DNA of 64,000 nt from positions 124,434,001 to 124,498,000 of the forward strand of contig OZ360223.1 of NCBI GenBank assembly GCA_977017645.1. The letters run 5' to 3'. The notes under the pieces are model-generated. The model saw only the letters and a program-made list of their open reading frames with translations, had not been told where the DNA came from and ran no database searches. This document shows, piece by piece, positions 26,435 to 39,885 of this stretch; within the stretch, counting starts at the first letter, position 1; each line of letters starts with the position of its first letter. The position numbers and the translations under genes are program-made. The DNA comes from Torpedo marmorata (Eukaryota).

Positions 26435-27715
26435 ATTTGAGCACAGACAAAAACTAGTGGAAAAACAGAGGACTGGGAAACTTTTAAAAACTTACAGAAA
26501 GAGACAAAGAAAGTCATTAGGAAAGAAAAGATGAATTATGAAAGGAGGTTGGCAAATAATATAAAAAAGGATACTAAGAGTTTTTTCAAATATATAAAGA
26601 GTTAAAGAGAGACAAGGGTAGATATAGGACCGATTGAAAATGATGCTGGAGGAATTATAATGGGTAACCAAGAGATGGCAGAGGAACTGTTCTGGTTGGT
26701 TGCCGGTTACTATTGGTGTTCCGCAAGGTGTTGGGACCGCTTCTTTTTACAATGTATATAGATGATTTAGATTACGAATTGAACGGTTTTGTGGCTAAGT
26801 TTGCGGATGACACCAAGGTAGGTGGTGGAGTAGAAAGTGTTGAAGAAATCGAAAAGTTGCAGAGAGATCTGGACAGCTTAGGAGAGTGGGCAAAGAAAAG
26901 GCAGATGAGATATAATGTTGAGAAATGCACGGTTTTACATTTTGGAAGAGGAAATAAACAGGCAGATTATTATTTGGATGGGGAGAAAATTCAAAATTCG
27001 GAAGTGCAAAGGGACTTGGGGGTCCTCGTGCAGGATAACCTAAAGGTTAACACCAGATTGGATCGGCAGTAAAGAAAGCGAATGCTATGTTGGCATTCAT
27101 TTCAAGAGGAATAGTGTATAAGAGTAAAGAGGTGTTGATGAGGCTCCATGGGGCACTGGTGAGACCTCATTTGGAGTACTGTGTGCAGTTTTGGGCCCCT
27201 TATCTTAGAAGGGATGTAATAATGTTGGAGAGAGTACATTTACCAGGATGATTCCTGGAATGCAGGGGCTAACATATGAGGAACGTTTAGCGGCTCTTGG
27301 ACTGTATTCTTTGGAGTACAGAAGATTGAGAGGGGATCTCATAGAAACATTTTGAATACTGAAAGGATTGGACAGAGTAGATGGAAATAAGATGTTTCCC
27401 TTGGTGGGTGAATCCAGGACAAGAGGGCACAGTCTTAGAATTAGAGGGTACCCATTTAGAACAGAGATGAGGAGGAATTTCTTTAGCCAGTGGGTCGTGG
27501 TTTGTGGAATTCGTTGCCACATACAGCTGTGGAGGCCCGATCTTTGGGGGATTTTAAGGAGGAGATTGACAGGTATCTGATTGGTCAGGGTATAAAGGGA
27601 TATGAGGAAAAGGCCGGAAATTGGAATTAGATGTGAGAACAGTTTAGCTCAGGGTGGCGTTGCGGAACAGACTTGATGGGCCGAATGGCCTACTTCTGTT
27701 CCTTTATCTTGTGAT
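26435..27715 (+). mobile_element. CR1 fragment with an internal deletion
   Basis: LGPLLFTMYIDDLD/KFADDTK motifs and a 3' UTR. Confidence 0.85.
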
Positions 27716-27826
27716 CTACTCACCAACCCTCTCACCTCCCAGCCGGGCATTTCAAATCCCTTGAATCCAGAGCACAGAGTTCCATGCTGATCTTCAGGAC
27801 AGTACTGAGCGGGGTCACAAAGTGGG

Positions 27827-29199
27827 AGCGGCGGTGCAGAGGTCACTGTCTGAAACGCCGGGAAGACGGAGAAAATGGATTTGAATCAAAAGGAGGTTTT
27901 GTGTGGGAGTACTTGGGCAGACTTCATGTTCAGAAGAAGTCTGCTGCTTGTGACGAAAGCTCTGCTGTGACCAACTACACAGTTCAAGCAATTAGCTGGC
28001 AGTTTGCCAGGGTGGATTTACTCTAATTTGCTCGTTAAAAATTTAACATCGGTGACTCCACCTCCGGTTCATCACTGATTAGCTTGGCTGATGACTTTTC
28101 TATGGCGTCTTGAAGGCCGAGGAGCCTCGGCCTCACCTTCGAGGAGTTCAGGCAGCTTTGGCAGATTGCCAGGGACCCAGTTCGTGAAGCATCCAGGGAT
28201 TTTTGTTCCTCACTCTGCTATCTCATCATCCAGATAAAGGACTTACATCTTGGACTTTGTTTCAATGTGGGGAATATGGGATGGTATGCTCCGAGGAGGA
28301 CTGAGTTAGCATGACATCAATCAACATGAGACTTGCCCTCTCCTGCTGTGGACTATTGTTTTATACAGTGGTCTAGTCTGTTTTTCATAAATATGCCAGA
28401 CCTGTCTTCCGAAAGACCTGGGTCCTACAGGAATCGCGCTGGGCCAGTGACTTCAGCGACCCCTGTGGCCAGGAATTCTTTCGCAACACTTGAAAACGAG
28501 AATGCGGTCATGATGCTTGTCCCCAACTATCACGGTTGGAAAATGCACAAAGGCAATGATGGGGAGCGATGGCACCCTGGCTATTACAGCGAGTGTGAAA
28601 ATGGAGGTCAAATCCGTGATTTGTCTATGAAACGCGAAGGTGGTGGGTCTAGTCACAAGTTGAGTCAATTCACGGACTCACCAGCCGTTTGTGACTTCAG
28701 CGGCTTGGTTGATACAGTGTTTCACGGAGATGTGGAGTGTGCGAGGGTGTAGCCCCTGCTCGTGTGCTTGAAGGGGTTGCTTCTCAAGTTCTGGCTGCAT
28801 TTCAGCCCCACTCTCCTGACTTTTGGGCACCAGGTGCAGAGGAGGAAGGATCAGTTGAGGGTTGTGCTTGTTGGTCTGGTACTGGACCTGGCCAAGATGG
28901 CAATCCATGGGTCCAGGCAGCAGGCACTCGAGGGTTTAGCTCGGGCTGACTGCCTGCCGCTCTTCTGAAGACACCTGTATCCCTGGAGAAAGAGCAGTTC
29001 ACGGGCAGTTTGGAGGGTCTCCGGGAACAGTTGGCCCCCCCAAGGATTTGACGGTATCGACAGAGATAATCATGTTTCAATTTGTAACAGGTTTTATGTG
29101 AATAGCCTGAATTGTAGACTAATACAGTACTTGTAACTTCTGGATGATGAATAATAAAGGGGCGATATTGATTTACCACCAAAAAGGAAAATGGAAAAA
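27827..29199 (+). mobile_element. Internally deleted (non-autonomous) Tx1-clade LINE, copy 1
   Basis: 5' UTR plus an ORF1-like start (CTKAMMGSDGTLAITASVKMEVKSVICL), fused to the ORF2 end (LSQFTDSPAVCDF..LLKFWLHFSPTL..LAKMAIHGSRQ), then AATAAA and an A-tail. Confidence 0.72.
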
Positions 29200-29610
29200 G
29201 GGGGCAGTACTTCAAATTGGACTTTTAACCAAGATTCCACCAGCTGATGGATGGAAAAAAGGGCGCAGCCAGCACTGAGGAATACAGAATTCTCCATCGA
29301 TTACATCTGTCCCCAATCACCACCACTCTCACAGATCATTAGCACATTCCTGCCTGAAGAGCTTGCTGTATGCAACTAACTGTGAAGTGCACAGAAGTCC
29401 TGAAGCTGTGAAGGACACCAGCAAAATTATTATTTTATTTCACGCTTAGAAATAAGTGCAATAGACATGAAATGTTATTTTTGTCTTTAAGCAGGCTGCT
29501 CTACTGCTTCCAGGACATACGGTAACTGCTGTAACGAACAAGATTGAGTCTGTGCCCTGAATCCCATTTGTCACTGGGCAAGAAGCCAACATTTGATGCT
29601 GAAGGCTGGG

Positions 29611-30284
29611 TGTTATATGTGGATTGTGGAGGAACACGTGGCCTCTCTGGAACATTGTGGATTGTGGAGGGTCACGTGACCTCCCTGCCTGACACTTATT
29701 CGGAAGTCGCATCACCTGCCAATCAAGGTTGGACTCCGGCCCTCCATTAGTGAACACCTTACTGTTGGCTCATTTAAATGACTCAGTGTCATCATTGGCC
29801 AGACGCCCAACTCAGAACAGTTTAAAACATAGATGTACACCACTTTTCTTTCTCTCTGCCTCTTGCTCCAAGTCCCGGACATCGCTCCACGCCAGGTCGC
29901 TACTGTGGACATCACTGGAGAAGTCGTGGGTAAGGTGTGCACTACACTTAAGTTGAGCCGTAGTACTGCGATAGATCAGTGCCTGCAGAGAGCCGCACCC
30001 CCATTGGTACAGGGAATCGGGAGTGTGTTTGAAAGTCCCTGTCTGTAGAGTGTGTACATGTGCGGGAGTGTATAGAAGATAGGCGGCCACTGGTATCGGA
30101 GTCCAACCTGGGTCCGATGTGAATGTCTATATAGTTGTTTAGTAGTAGAGTAATTAAGTATCGTTTGACGTCTTCCCCGGTTTGTCTCCCGTGTGTTCAA
30201 TAAAGTTACCTTTGATTGTAATGCTTGTCTCCAGACTCGTCTCTCTGTGAACCCACCGAACCTGATACTCTTCCAAACACAACA
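29611..30284 (+). mobile_element. Solo LTR (674 bp)
   Basis: TGTT...AACA termini, perfect 5-bp TSD CTGGG (29606-29610 and 30285-30289), AATAAA at 30199-30204. Confidence 0.82.
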
Positions 30285-31657
30285 CTGGGACCTCGACTAT
30301 TTCAAGCAATGGAGCCAGCAACCCCTTCCCCTCCTCTCCAGCCCTGCAGTGGGACAGATTCCATACTTTGTTTCCAGAAGAATTTCATATCCTTCGCACA
30401 AATAAGAAATACTCGTCATGCCTGTGCCAACCTAACTATCTGCACATAATCCCTGTCATTCTGCTCTCTGCCTTTGTCCATCTAAATACCTCTAAATGTC
30501 ACTCCCATTTCTGTTTCCACCACCTCCCTGGCAGTGTGTTTCAGACACTCGCCACTCCCTGTGTAAAATATCTTGGCTTCTCCATCTCCTCCACATCCCC
30601 TCCCCACACCCTAAATCTATGCCCTCTAGTGTCTGACATTTCTACCTCTGTCTATCCTGTCTGCCTAACCAGCTCCTCCTGCTCTTGTGCTTCTTGCCTG
30701 GGTGAGAGTGCATACATCCGGAATATTCCTCCCCAGGGAGTCCTTTCCTAATTGCCCCTAACGTGAAGTTAAACATGTTCTTGGGCAACACAGTCTGGGC
30801 CTACCCTGAGGGTAATTGGTGAACCCAGAGGATGTTTACATCAAGCTAATAGTTTCATAGCTCCTATTATTGTAATGAGCAATTCTAGACATTGAATTTC
30901 TTGAATTAAACCCCCCCCCCCCATTGTGTCTGGTGGGATTTGAACTGATGTTTCTAAATCAGTCATCATGTATCTATCTATCTGCCTGTGGTTTCTGGCA
31001 ATGTCCCAAGGTGGCTCAGCATTAGCTTGAGGGACTACACTTCCTTGCTCTGCCCTTCGCAAACTCGGAGTGTCAATATCAAAATTAGCAACCTCAGATA
31101 ACTCTCTTTCCTGTCTGTCCCCAGGTTACAGAGTTCCACTTGAGAGAACCGTTCGTAACGCAAGACAAAAATAGTCTCGATTCGGGGAATAGATTTACGA
31201 CAGAGATGAGAAAAATGGAGGGTTCTGCAGTAGGGAAATTCTAGGCAGTTGTTAGAGTAAGTTATTAGGTCGGCATAACACTGGGCCGAAGGGCCTGTAC
31301 TGTGTTGTAGATTTCTATGTTCTAATCCAACCTTTCCGGAAGTTGGGAAACAAAAGCAGCGTCCGAGACAGGATCCCAGAAACAGCCATGATGGGATGGT
31401 GAGCAAGCACGCAAAGAACGGCCACCAGCGACCTCACCAACTCTGAGTCTGGTCAGCGATCCCAGCTCAGCTGAATATGCAGGGCATGGAGGGATCGAGA
31501 TCACGTGCAGGCAGAAGAATTTTACTTCAATTTGGCATTGTGTTCGGCACAGACACATGGGCTGAAGGTCCTGTTCCCATTCTATGAATAGCAGAGCAGT
31601 CTTGATGGACCAAATGGCCTGATCCCATTTCCCATCGTCTGCAGTTGGGGAAAGAAA

Positions 31658-31905
31658 GCAGCACGGTTAGCATAGCGGTTAGCGCAGTGCTACTACAGCG
31701 CCAGAAACCTAGGTTTGAATCCGCCGCTGGTTGTAAGGAGTTTGAACATTCTCCACGTGTCCGCGTGGGTTTCTTCCAAGAGCTCCGGTTTCCTCCCACG
31801 TTCCAAAGATGTACGGGGTTAGTAGGATAGTAGTGTTTGTCACATGGGTGTATTTAGATGGTGCGGGCTTATGAGCCAGAAGGGCCTGCTACCATGCTGT
31901 AAATT
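31658..31905 (+). mobile_element. V-SINE
   Basis: tRNA-like head, V-domain GTGTCCGCGTGGGTTTCTTCC...CTCCGGTTTCCTCCCAC, CR1-like tail. Confidence 0.8.
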
Positions 31906-32214
31906 AAAGCTCATTCCATTCCAGGCAGTCGAGCCAGGAAGAATCTCCTCACATGTGGTGAGGCGTTCAGTCAAATGGAATTCTGGAGAGCTACAGACGG
32001 GGGAAGGAGGAGTGTGGACAGACAGATTGGCTTGATCCAATAAAAGGGCAGAAAATCCCTGAGGGACCAGGGGCACTCTCCTGAACCCACACTGGATTAA
32101 GACGAGGGGGGGGGGTTGGCAGGGAGGGGTCTGCAGGACACGAGTGCATTGTATCCTGGTGAAGATCCTGGGCAAATAGCCAGAGTTCTGGACTCGTCAA
32201 TCAAGTAACATGTT

Positions 32215-32380
32215 CAATTCCCACCACAGTGGCTGGGGAACAATTCCAGTCATTAAATAAATATGCAGCCCTTTAAAAAAAGTCTCAGTAAAAGTAACCA
32301 TGAAACTACCGGATTGTTGTAAAACATCCATCTGGTTCACTAATGTCCTTTAGGAGAGGAAATCTCCCATCTTGAACGGG
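32215..32380 (+). mobile_element. Degenerate SINE-like interspersed repeat (also about 46980-47310 and 51270-51420)
   Basis: Shared motif CC(A/AG)TCTGGTTCACTAAT...GGAAATCT among the copies. Confidence 0.5.
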
Positions 32381-32419
32381 TCTTAATCCAAGTCTATCGT
32401 TCCCACAAAGTACCAACTT

Positions 32420-32865
32420 AGGTTAATAAGGTGATGAAGAAGGCACATGCATTCTTGCTTTCATAGGTTTGGGTGTGGAATATAACATTTGGGACATTAT
32501 GTTTCAACTTTACAAAACATTGGTAAATCCTCAAATGGATTACTGTGGGCAGTAAGAATACACTGGCTTCAGACGTGGTTCAGAGGAGATTCCGGAAATG
32601 AGAGCATTCACCTATCAGGAGAGATTGAGTAGCCTAGGAATCTACTCATTGGGAGTTCAGAAGGATGAGGGGAGATCTTGTAGAGACCTATAAAATAATG
32701 AAAGGAATAGATAAAACAGAAGGAGAGAGATTGTTTCGACGTGAAAACAATCTCAGGATTTGGCAAATAGATCGAAGACAGAGATGAGGAAGAACTGCTT
32801 CACTGAGAGCGGGGTGAATTTGGAATTCTCTGCCCAATTAAGCAGTAGAGGAAGCCTCATTAAAT
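32420..32865 (+). mobile_element. Old CR1 RT/3' fragment
   Basis: Degenerate RMRGDLVETYKIMKGID. Confidence 0.7.
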
Positions 32866-32879
32866 GTATGGAGGGAGGG

Positions 32880-33430
32880 ATACCAATGCCTCTTATTTTC
32901 TCAGACTAAGGAGGTTAGGCACGTCTCCCCCGTCCCTCAACAATTTCTACGGGGGCACCATCAGAAGCAGACTTGCTGGGGGCATTACAGCGTGGGACGG
33001 GAGCTGCTCCGCTCAAGATCAGAAGAAGGTGGTGAATGCAACTCAGAACATCACGCTAACTTCCCTCCCCTCCATGGACTCCATCTACATCTCCCGCTGC
33101 CCAGGAAAGGCAGCCAACATACTGAAGGACCCATCACACCCCGGACACACTCTCTTCTCCCTCCTCCCACCGGGGAGAAGGCCCAAGAGTGTGAAGCACC
33201 CACCAACAGGCTTAAAGACAGTTTCTTCCCCTCAGCCATCAGGCTCCTGAATGAACCCCACAACAGTGCTCTCATGCTGCCCTTGCTTGGTGGTAATTGA
33301 TCTTCCTTTTCATCGCAATCCTATACTCTGTATATTGTGCTCTTTACACGGCTGTATGAATGTTAGAGAACCTGTTAGCCTGCTCACAGAAGAACCCTTC
33401 TCACTAGACTAGGTATATGGGACAAATAAA
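32880..33430 (+). mobile_element. Rex1/Babar LINE 3' fragment
   Basis: NNFYGGTIRSRLAGGITAWDGSCSAQD...ILKDPSHPGHTLFSLLPPGRR. Confidence 0.8.
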
Positions 33431-34479
33431 TATTTGAATAATAGGAGAATTCAGGGTGATGAGGTACAGAAGGGTAAAGGGAGCTGAGTCCACGGCCAGA
33501 TCAGCTGTGATCTTGTTGAAAGGTGGAGCAGGCTTGATGGGCCGAATGGCCAACTCCTGCTCCCATTTCTTCTGTTCAATCACTGTGCCAGGGTTGGAAG
33601 AAATTGTAGCTCATCACAGTCTGAGCACTGGACGGGCAAAGGAAAGGAGAGGAAAGCCAAACACAGTCTGCTGGAGGAACTCAGCAGGTTGAGCAGCATC
33701 AGTGAGAGAAAAGGAATAGCCAGAACCCGTCGTCAGGCAGAGGAGGGAATTTAATGAGTCAGCCCTGGATTGATATCGACTTTTAAAAAGCTGTCTGTAA
33801 ACTGAACACATCTAACAACTCTTGTCCGCTCCAGCTGCATGAAATAATTCAACTACCAAGCCACCAATTCTAATTTTTGGCAAATGTTTACGAGAGTATT
33901 CCAGAGGAAAGCCAGAGGATAATTGAAGGCAGAAAAAAGAGACAATAATGATTGTGTTCCCCTCTGTACTCCAGCCAAGCTCTGCAACTCTTTATTGGAT
34001 CTGAAGTGCTGCCAAAGGTTTTATATTTTGGATGCTCTCAGAGAACTTGAAATTGTTCCACTCAACCATCACCACCAATAACTGCCCGCAATCAACTTCA
34101 ACTAACATAGACCCCATGGTTTGGGTGTAAACAGGCACAAGTATTACCTAATGAGACCTGACACACAATTACATCAGGAGATTGTGACTGAGACCTTGGT
34201 CAAAGGAACAGTTTTATTTGTGCAAGAGACAGAAGGGGGCGAGGGGGGAAGGAGAGTGAGGGGGAAGGGGAGAGGATAGAGGGAAGAGAGAGATAAACAG
34301 AGAGAAAGATCAGAAAGGGATTCCCTGAGCTTGGGGCAGCTAAAGGAATAGCTGCCACTGGGCAAGCAACTGATATCAGAGTGATCCAGAGGCTAGAATT
34401 GGGAGCACAGGCATGTCAGGGGCTTGGGGAACTGGAGGGGGTTACAGAGGTGAGGATATGAGGGGTTTGATCAATGCAT

Positions 34480-34920
34480 TGCTCAGCTGAGTCATCATAG
34501 GGGGAAGAGGTATGGGAACTGCTCTGCCCAACACCGCAGGAAACTGCAGGGAGCTGTGAACACAGGTCAGACTATCACACACATCCCCTCCCATCACTCC
34601 GTCTACTCTTCCTGCCATCTCGGAAAAGCAGACAACATACAAATGGATTCATCCCACCCAGCCACACTCTCTGCTTCCCACTCCCGTCGGGAAGAAGATA
34701 TACGAATGTGATATCACACACCAGATACGTACAGTTCTTTCCTGCTGCTATCGGACTCCTTAACGAACCTCACACTAGTAAAACAACGCTGCATTTGCTC
34801 TGTTCCAACTGATTTCTCTCGGTATCTCTATTATGTTCTCCATATAGGTTCAGTAGCTGGATTGAACACAAAACAAACTTTCTCACTGTACCTCAGTGCA
34901 CGCGACAGTAAACCTGAACT
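34480..34920 (+). mobile_element. Rex1/Babar LINE 3' fragment
   Basis: RRKLQGAVNT..DSSHPATL..LPSGRR; tail AAACCTGAACT. Confidence 0.65.
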
Positions 34921-35789
34921 CGACCCAGCGAGAGCCAGAGCGGACTGAGGGGATCACGATTAGGTAGGCAGTAAATGCTGGTCTTCCCAGAACCCAGCTG
35001 GAAAAATAAAAGCACCAATGAGTAATGCAGGTTGGGTCTGGAGGAAACTGTTACACTTGAGATGATTTTAGAAAATTTCATGTCCATTCATGGGAGACCA
35101 GGAGCCAGGCCAGCATCAACACCATGACTGCCACTCACAGGGCCCAGCCTGAAACATTGGTTACCTTTCACTTCCTATGGATGCTGAGTGACCTGCTGAG
35201 TTTCTCCAGAACTTTTGTGCACTGCACTCACACTCAGTGTGCTCGTGATAAAAACACAAATATCAGCCCAAGGCTAATCCCTCCCCTGCACACTGAACCA
35301 AGGCAGTAAATAAATCAAGAGATTTAAACCTGGAGACGAAAGGTTTATTTCCATCTTCCTGAATTCCACCCCACATCTCAAATGCACAGATTCTTAGAAC
35401 AATAGCTTCATTGTGCAAAAGCCAGTTGGAAAACTGAGACAGAATATAGAACATTGCAGCCCTTCAGCTCGCAAACATTGTACCGACCATATGACATGTG
35501 CTTTCTATCTAGAAGAGGCCAATAACCACACACTTGTCAGTAGCAACGAGCATTTCTGACCAGCCAAAGGAGTTCTAACTGGACTGAGTGCCCAGGAGGT
35601 AAAGTTTAAGTCATAGCTCAGAATACAACCATACAACCCTCTCCCGGTGTCCAACAGTTCGCTTCCCCCACCCCCCCCCCCACCCATTGCTGCTTCTCCC
35701 AATCACCATCTCCCTCCATTCCTCTGTTGCTCCCCTCTACCCCTTCCTGTGGGAGCAAGGTCCACACTCGGAAAGTTTCTCTGGAATTC

Positions 35790-36150
35790 CCAACTGGATT
35801 TATTGGTGACCATCTTACATATGCAGTTCTTGTCACCCAGCTATAGGAAGGATAGCGTTAAGTTGGAAGGAGTGCAGAGGAGATTCACCTGGATGTTTCT
35901 AGGACTGGAGGGGTTAATTTATTGGGAGAGGTTGAACAGGCTGGATCTTTATTCCCTGGAGCAAAGGAGGTGAGGGGGACCATATAAAACCATGAGGGAC
36001 GTGGGTAAAGTGAATGCTCATAGTCTTTTTCCCAGGGTGCATGATTCTAGAATGGAAGGGCACAGGTTTAAGGTGAGAGGAGAGAGATTTAAGAGGGACA
36101 TGAGGGGTGACTTTTTCACTCAGAAGGTGGTCCGTATCTGGGACGAGCTA
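35790..36150 (+). mobile_element. CR1 fragment
   Basis: SPSYRKD..LEGVQRRFT..FFTQKVV. Confidence 0.75.
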
Positions 36151-36269
36151 CCATTGGTGGGGCAATACAAATTGGGAGAGTACAGAAAGGAGCAGAGGGA
36201 TCACAGTGGGGTATGGGGCCAGAAAGGGTTACAGAGATCGTGGGGAGATGTTTAGGGAGTGAGTGGTTT

Positions 36270-36815
36270 TAAAATTTGCATTTATTGAAATGGAAAGATG
36301 ATTCTTCACCTACCCATATACAGTGGTTACAGGATGTAATGTCCTATCTGAGCTTGGAGAAAATTAGATACAATATCAAAGATAGAAAGTTTCAATATCT
36401 TAAGATGTGGGGCCCATTCTTAGAATACTATCATGATTGGAGAATTAACAATTTTGAATGTTCCAAGGAATCTCTGCCCGATGTCTGGAGGTCACGATCT
36501 GATCCATATTTTTCCTTTTTTGTTACAAAGGTAACCTTGATTAGAGGGAGGGGATAGATTAGATTTAGATTTTTTTGTTTTTATATCTTTTTTTTAGTTT
36601 GAATAATTTGCAATATGGGTTTTAACATGATCTTTATAGTATATTCATAACTGTCTCTCATGTGGATTCAGGAAATTGTTCACATAGTTCCATCTGTTTT
36701 TTTTCCTCTTGTATTTGTATGTATATGAGATGACTTTTTGTGTTCTCCAAAATTTTTGTATACAATTTTATATGTTAAACTCAATAAAAATATTTTAAAA
36801 AGAAAAAGAAAAGAA
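36270..36815 (+). mobile_element. L1-clade LINE 3' end with A-tail
   Basis: WKDDSSPTHIQWLQDVMSYLSLEKIRY..WGPFLEY; AATAAA and A-rich tail. Confidence 0.75.
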
Positions 36816-37150
36816 AGCACCAACGCCTCAACCTTCTCAGAAAACTAAGGAAGTTCAGTATATCCCCCTGCCCCTCAACAACTTCTACAGCTGCACCAAT
36901 GAGAGCAGACTTGCTGGGTACATAACAGCGTGGGACGATCAAAAGAAGTTGCAAAAGGTAGTGAATGCAATTCAGAATTTCAAGCAAACTTCCCTCCACT
37001 CCATGGACCTCATCTACATCTCCTGCTGCCTCAGAAAGGACCCATCACACCCCGAACACTCTCTTCTCCCTCCTCACATCGGGGAGAAGAGTCAAGAGTG
37101 TGAAATCGCACACCAACAGGCTTAAGAGAGTTTCTTCCCTGCAGCCATTA
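36816..37150 (+). mobile_element. Rex1/Babar fragment
   Basis: Similar to 32880-33250. Confidence 0.7.
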
Positions 37151-37676
37151 TGAACCCTCTTAATTAATTTGTGCTAATTTTGACGTTTGCTCCAATTTTA
37201 TAATATCACTGGATATGTAAGACAAATTACTTGCAGATTCTTCAAAATCACATTGCTCCTTAACAGAATTAGCATGAACAGCCACATCCTGCAGCACAAA
37301 CCAAATCAAATTTTATGAAATTGTTTTCCAACGAATACAAGACACTGCAGACAGTTACAGCAAGGCAAACATGGATCAGTGCCAAACTCTCCAAACTTTA
37401 CAGGCAATTCCTAGAGTGTCACAGAGCAGGGCAGACATGTAATTAACACACTGTTCCAATTCACCCATTCACAGCCAGTGACTTTGGAAGGGAAACCACA
37501 ACAGGAATCTATGAAACACCGCAGCCAACAAGTGTACAGCAAGATCCCATTAATTGGAATGTTAGAATAATTGAATCATCGAGGCAGTCAGTTCACGGTT
37601 AATATCACCCCAGATAACCATGATGTGACACTCCCTCAGTACCGCCTTCCACAGTGAGACCCTCAGTACCGCCTGG

Positions 37677-39110
37677 TTTTTTGGTGGTAAATCAATACTG
37701 CCCATTTATTATTTATCATCCAAAAGTTACAAGTAGTACATTAGTCTACAATTCATGCTCTTCTCACAAAACAAGTAACAAATTTGAAACATGATTATCT
37801 CTGTCGATACCGTCAAACGCTGGGGGGGGGGGGGCAAGGGCAACCGTTCCAGGAGACCCTCCAAACTGCCCGTGAACACTGAGTGCTCCTTCTCTAGGGA
37901 TACACGGGCACACAGGTGTCCTCAGAAGAGACAGTCAGCCTGAGCTGAACCCTCGATTGCCCGCTGCCTGGACCCATGGATGGCCATCTTGGCCAGGCCC
38001 AGTACCAGACCGACGAGGACAACCCTCTACTGCTCGCCTCTCCTCCATACCGGGTGCCCAAAGATCAGGAACGTGGGGTTGAAATGCAGCCAGAACTTGA
38101 GGAGCAACTCCTTCAAGCAGGCAAGCAGGGGCTGCGCTCTCACACACTCCATACCTCCGTGAAACACAGTCTCAACCAAGCCGCTGAAGTGACAGCTGGT
38201 GAGTCCATGAATCAACTCAACTCGTGACTAGACCCACCGCCTTCGCATTTCGTAGGCAAATCAGGGAGTTCCCCTCCATTTTCACACTCGCTGTAATGGC
38301 CGGGGTGCCATCACTCCCCACCCCTGCCTTTATGCATTTTCCAAACGTGATAATTGGGGACAAATATCATGACCACATTTTTGTCTTCCAGTGATGCGAA
38401 AGAATTCATGGCCACGGGTCATTGAAGTCGCTGGGCCAGCACAACCTCTGTAGGGCCAGGTCTTCTGGAAGACGGATCTGGCATATTTACGAAAACAAAC
38501 AAACTAGACCACTGTATAAAACAATAGTCCACAACAGGAGAGGGCAGTCTCATGTTGATTGAAGTTATGCTAACTCGGTCCTCTTCAAAGCACACCATCC
38601 CGTATCCCCCACGTCAAAACAAGAGTCCGAGATGTGAGTCCTTTATCCGGATGATGAGATAGCAGAGCGATGAACAGAAATCCCCAGATGCTTCGCGAAC
38701 TGGGTTCCTGGCAATCCGCAAAAGCCTCCTGAACTCCTCAAAGGCGAGGCCGTGGCTCCCAGTCCTTCAAGACGCTGTCGAAAAGTCATCAACAACTAAC
38801 TGCCGAGCTAATCGGTGATGAACTGGCAGTGGAGTCACCAATGTTAAACGTTTAACGAACAAATTAGATAGAAGATAGTAGTTCCACGGTGGAGTAAATC
38901 CACCCTGGCAAACTAATTCTTTGAACTGCATAGTTGATAGCAGACTTTACTCACAAGCAGCAGACTTCTTCTGAACAAGACGTCTGTCTGAGTACACCCG
39001 CACCACACACACAAATCCTCCTTTCAATTCATATCCCATTTCTGCCGTTTAAATCATTTATCTTCCTCCGTCTTCCCGGCGGTGCAGACCGTGACCTTTG
39101 CACCGCCGCT
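37677..39110 (-). mobile_element. Internally deleted Tx1-clade LINE, copy 2 (inverted relative to copy 1)
   Basis: Colinear reverse complement of 27827-29185, including the same ORF1/ORF2 junction. Confidence 0.75.
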
Positions 39111-39375
39111 CCCACAGTGTGACCCTCACCACTGCACTCCCATCACCCATTGGGAGGGGAGTCTCCAGTCAGAGGATGGTGCTCTGCCCTGGGACTGCTC
39201 ACCTGGGTTTGAATCTTCCATCGATCAGTAGGTTGAGCAGCCTCAGTGAGAGAGTGGGAATGGTTTGGGAATGATCTCTGACCCACTGTTGGCTATTGAA
39301 TACCTTCACCAGTCAGCATCAAGCATCAGCCTCTCCTTCATCGAGGTCTCTCACACTGGAACCCTCCTCCCATCA

Positions 39376-39885
39376 GACATAGGAGCAGAATTAGGCCTTT
39401 CAGCCCATCAAGTCTGCTCCGCCATTCGAGTCGTAGCTGATATATTCTTCCTCTCAACCCCATTCTCCTGGCTTCACCCCACAACCTCTGATGCCCTCAC
39501 TAATCAATAACCTATCACCCTCTGCTTTAATTCTACCGAATAACTGGTCTCCACAGCGGTCTGTGGCAATGAATTCCACAGATTCACCACCCTCTGTCAA
39601 GAACTCTCCTCATCTCTGTTCTAAAGGGACATCCTTTTATCCTGAGGCTGTGCCCTCTGGTCCTAGACTCTCCCACCACCGGAAACATCTTCTCCACGTC
39701 CACGCTATCCAGCCCTTTCAATATTCTGTAGGTTTCAATAAGATTCCGCCTCCCCCCAACCCCCCTCCTTCTGAACTCCAAGTAAGGCTTCTCATATGTT
39801 AACCCTCTCATCCCCGGGATCATTTTCATAAACCTCCTCTGGACCGTCTCCAGCAGCAGCACATCCATCCTTTGATATGGGGCCA
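39376..39885 (-). mobile_element. CR1 3' fragment
   Basis: LETVQRRFMKMIPG..RTRGHSLRIKG. Confidence 0.75.

Noticed and set aside
28333-28752. 139-aa ORF as a novel gene
   Set aside because: Chimeric frame across the Tx1 ORF1/ORF2 deletion junction inside a repeat.
34913-34997. 84-nt minus-strand exon-like segment as CHST exon 2
   Set aside because: Has a stop in the required phase-1 frame, and its donor comes from a Rex tail; 40059-39977 fits better.
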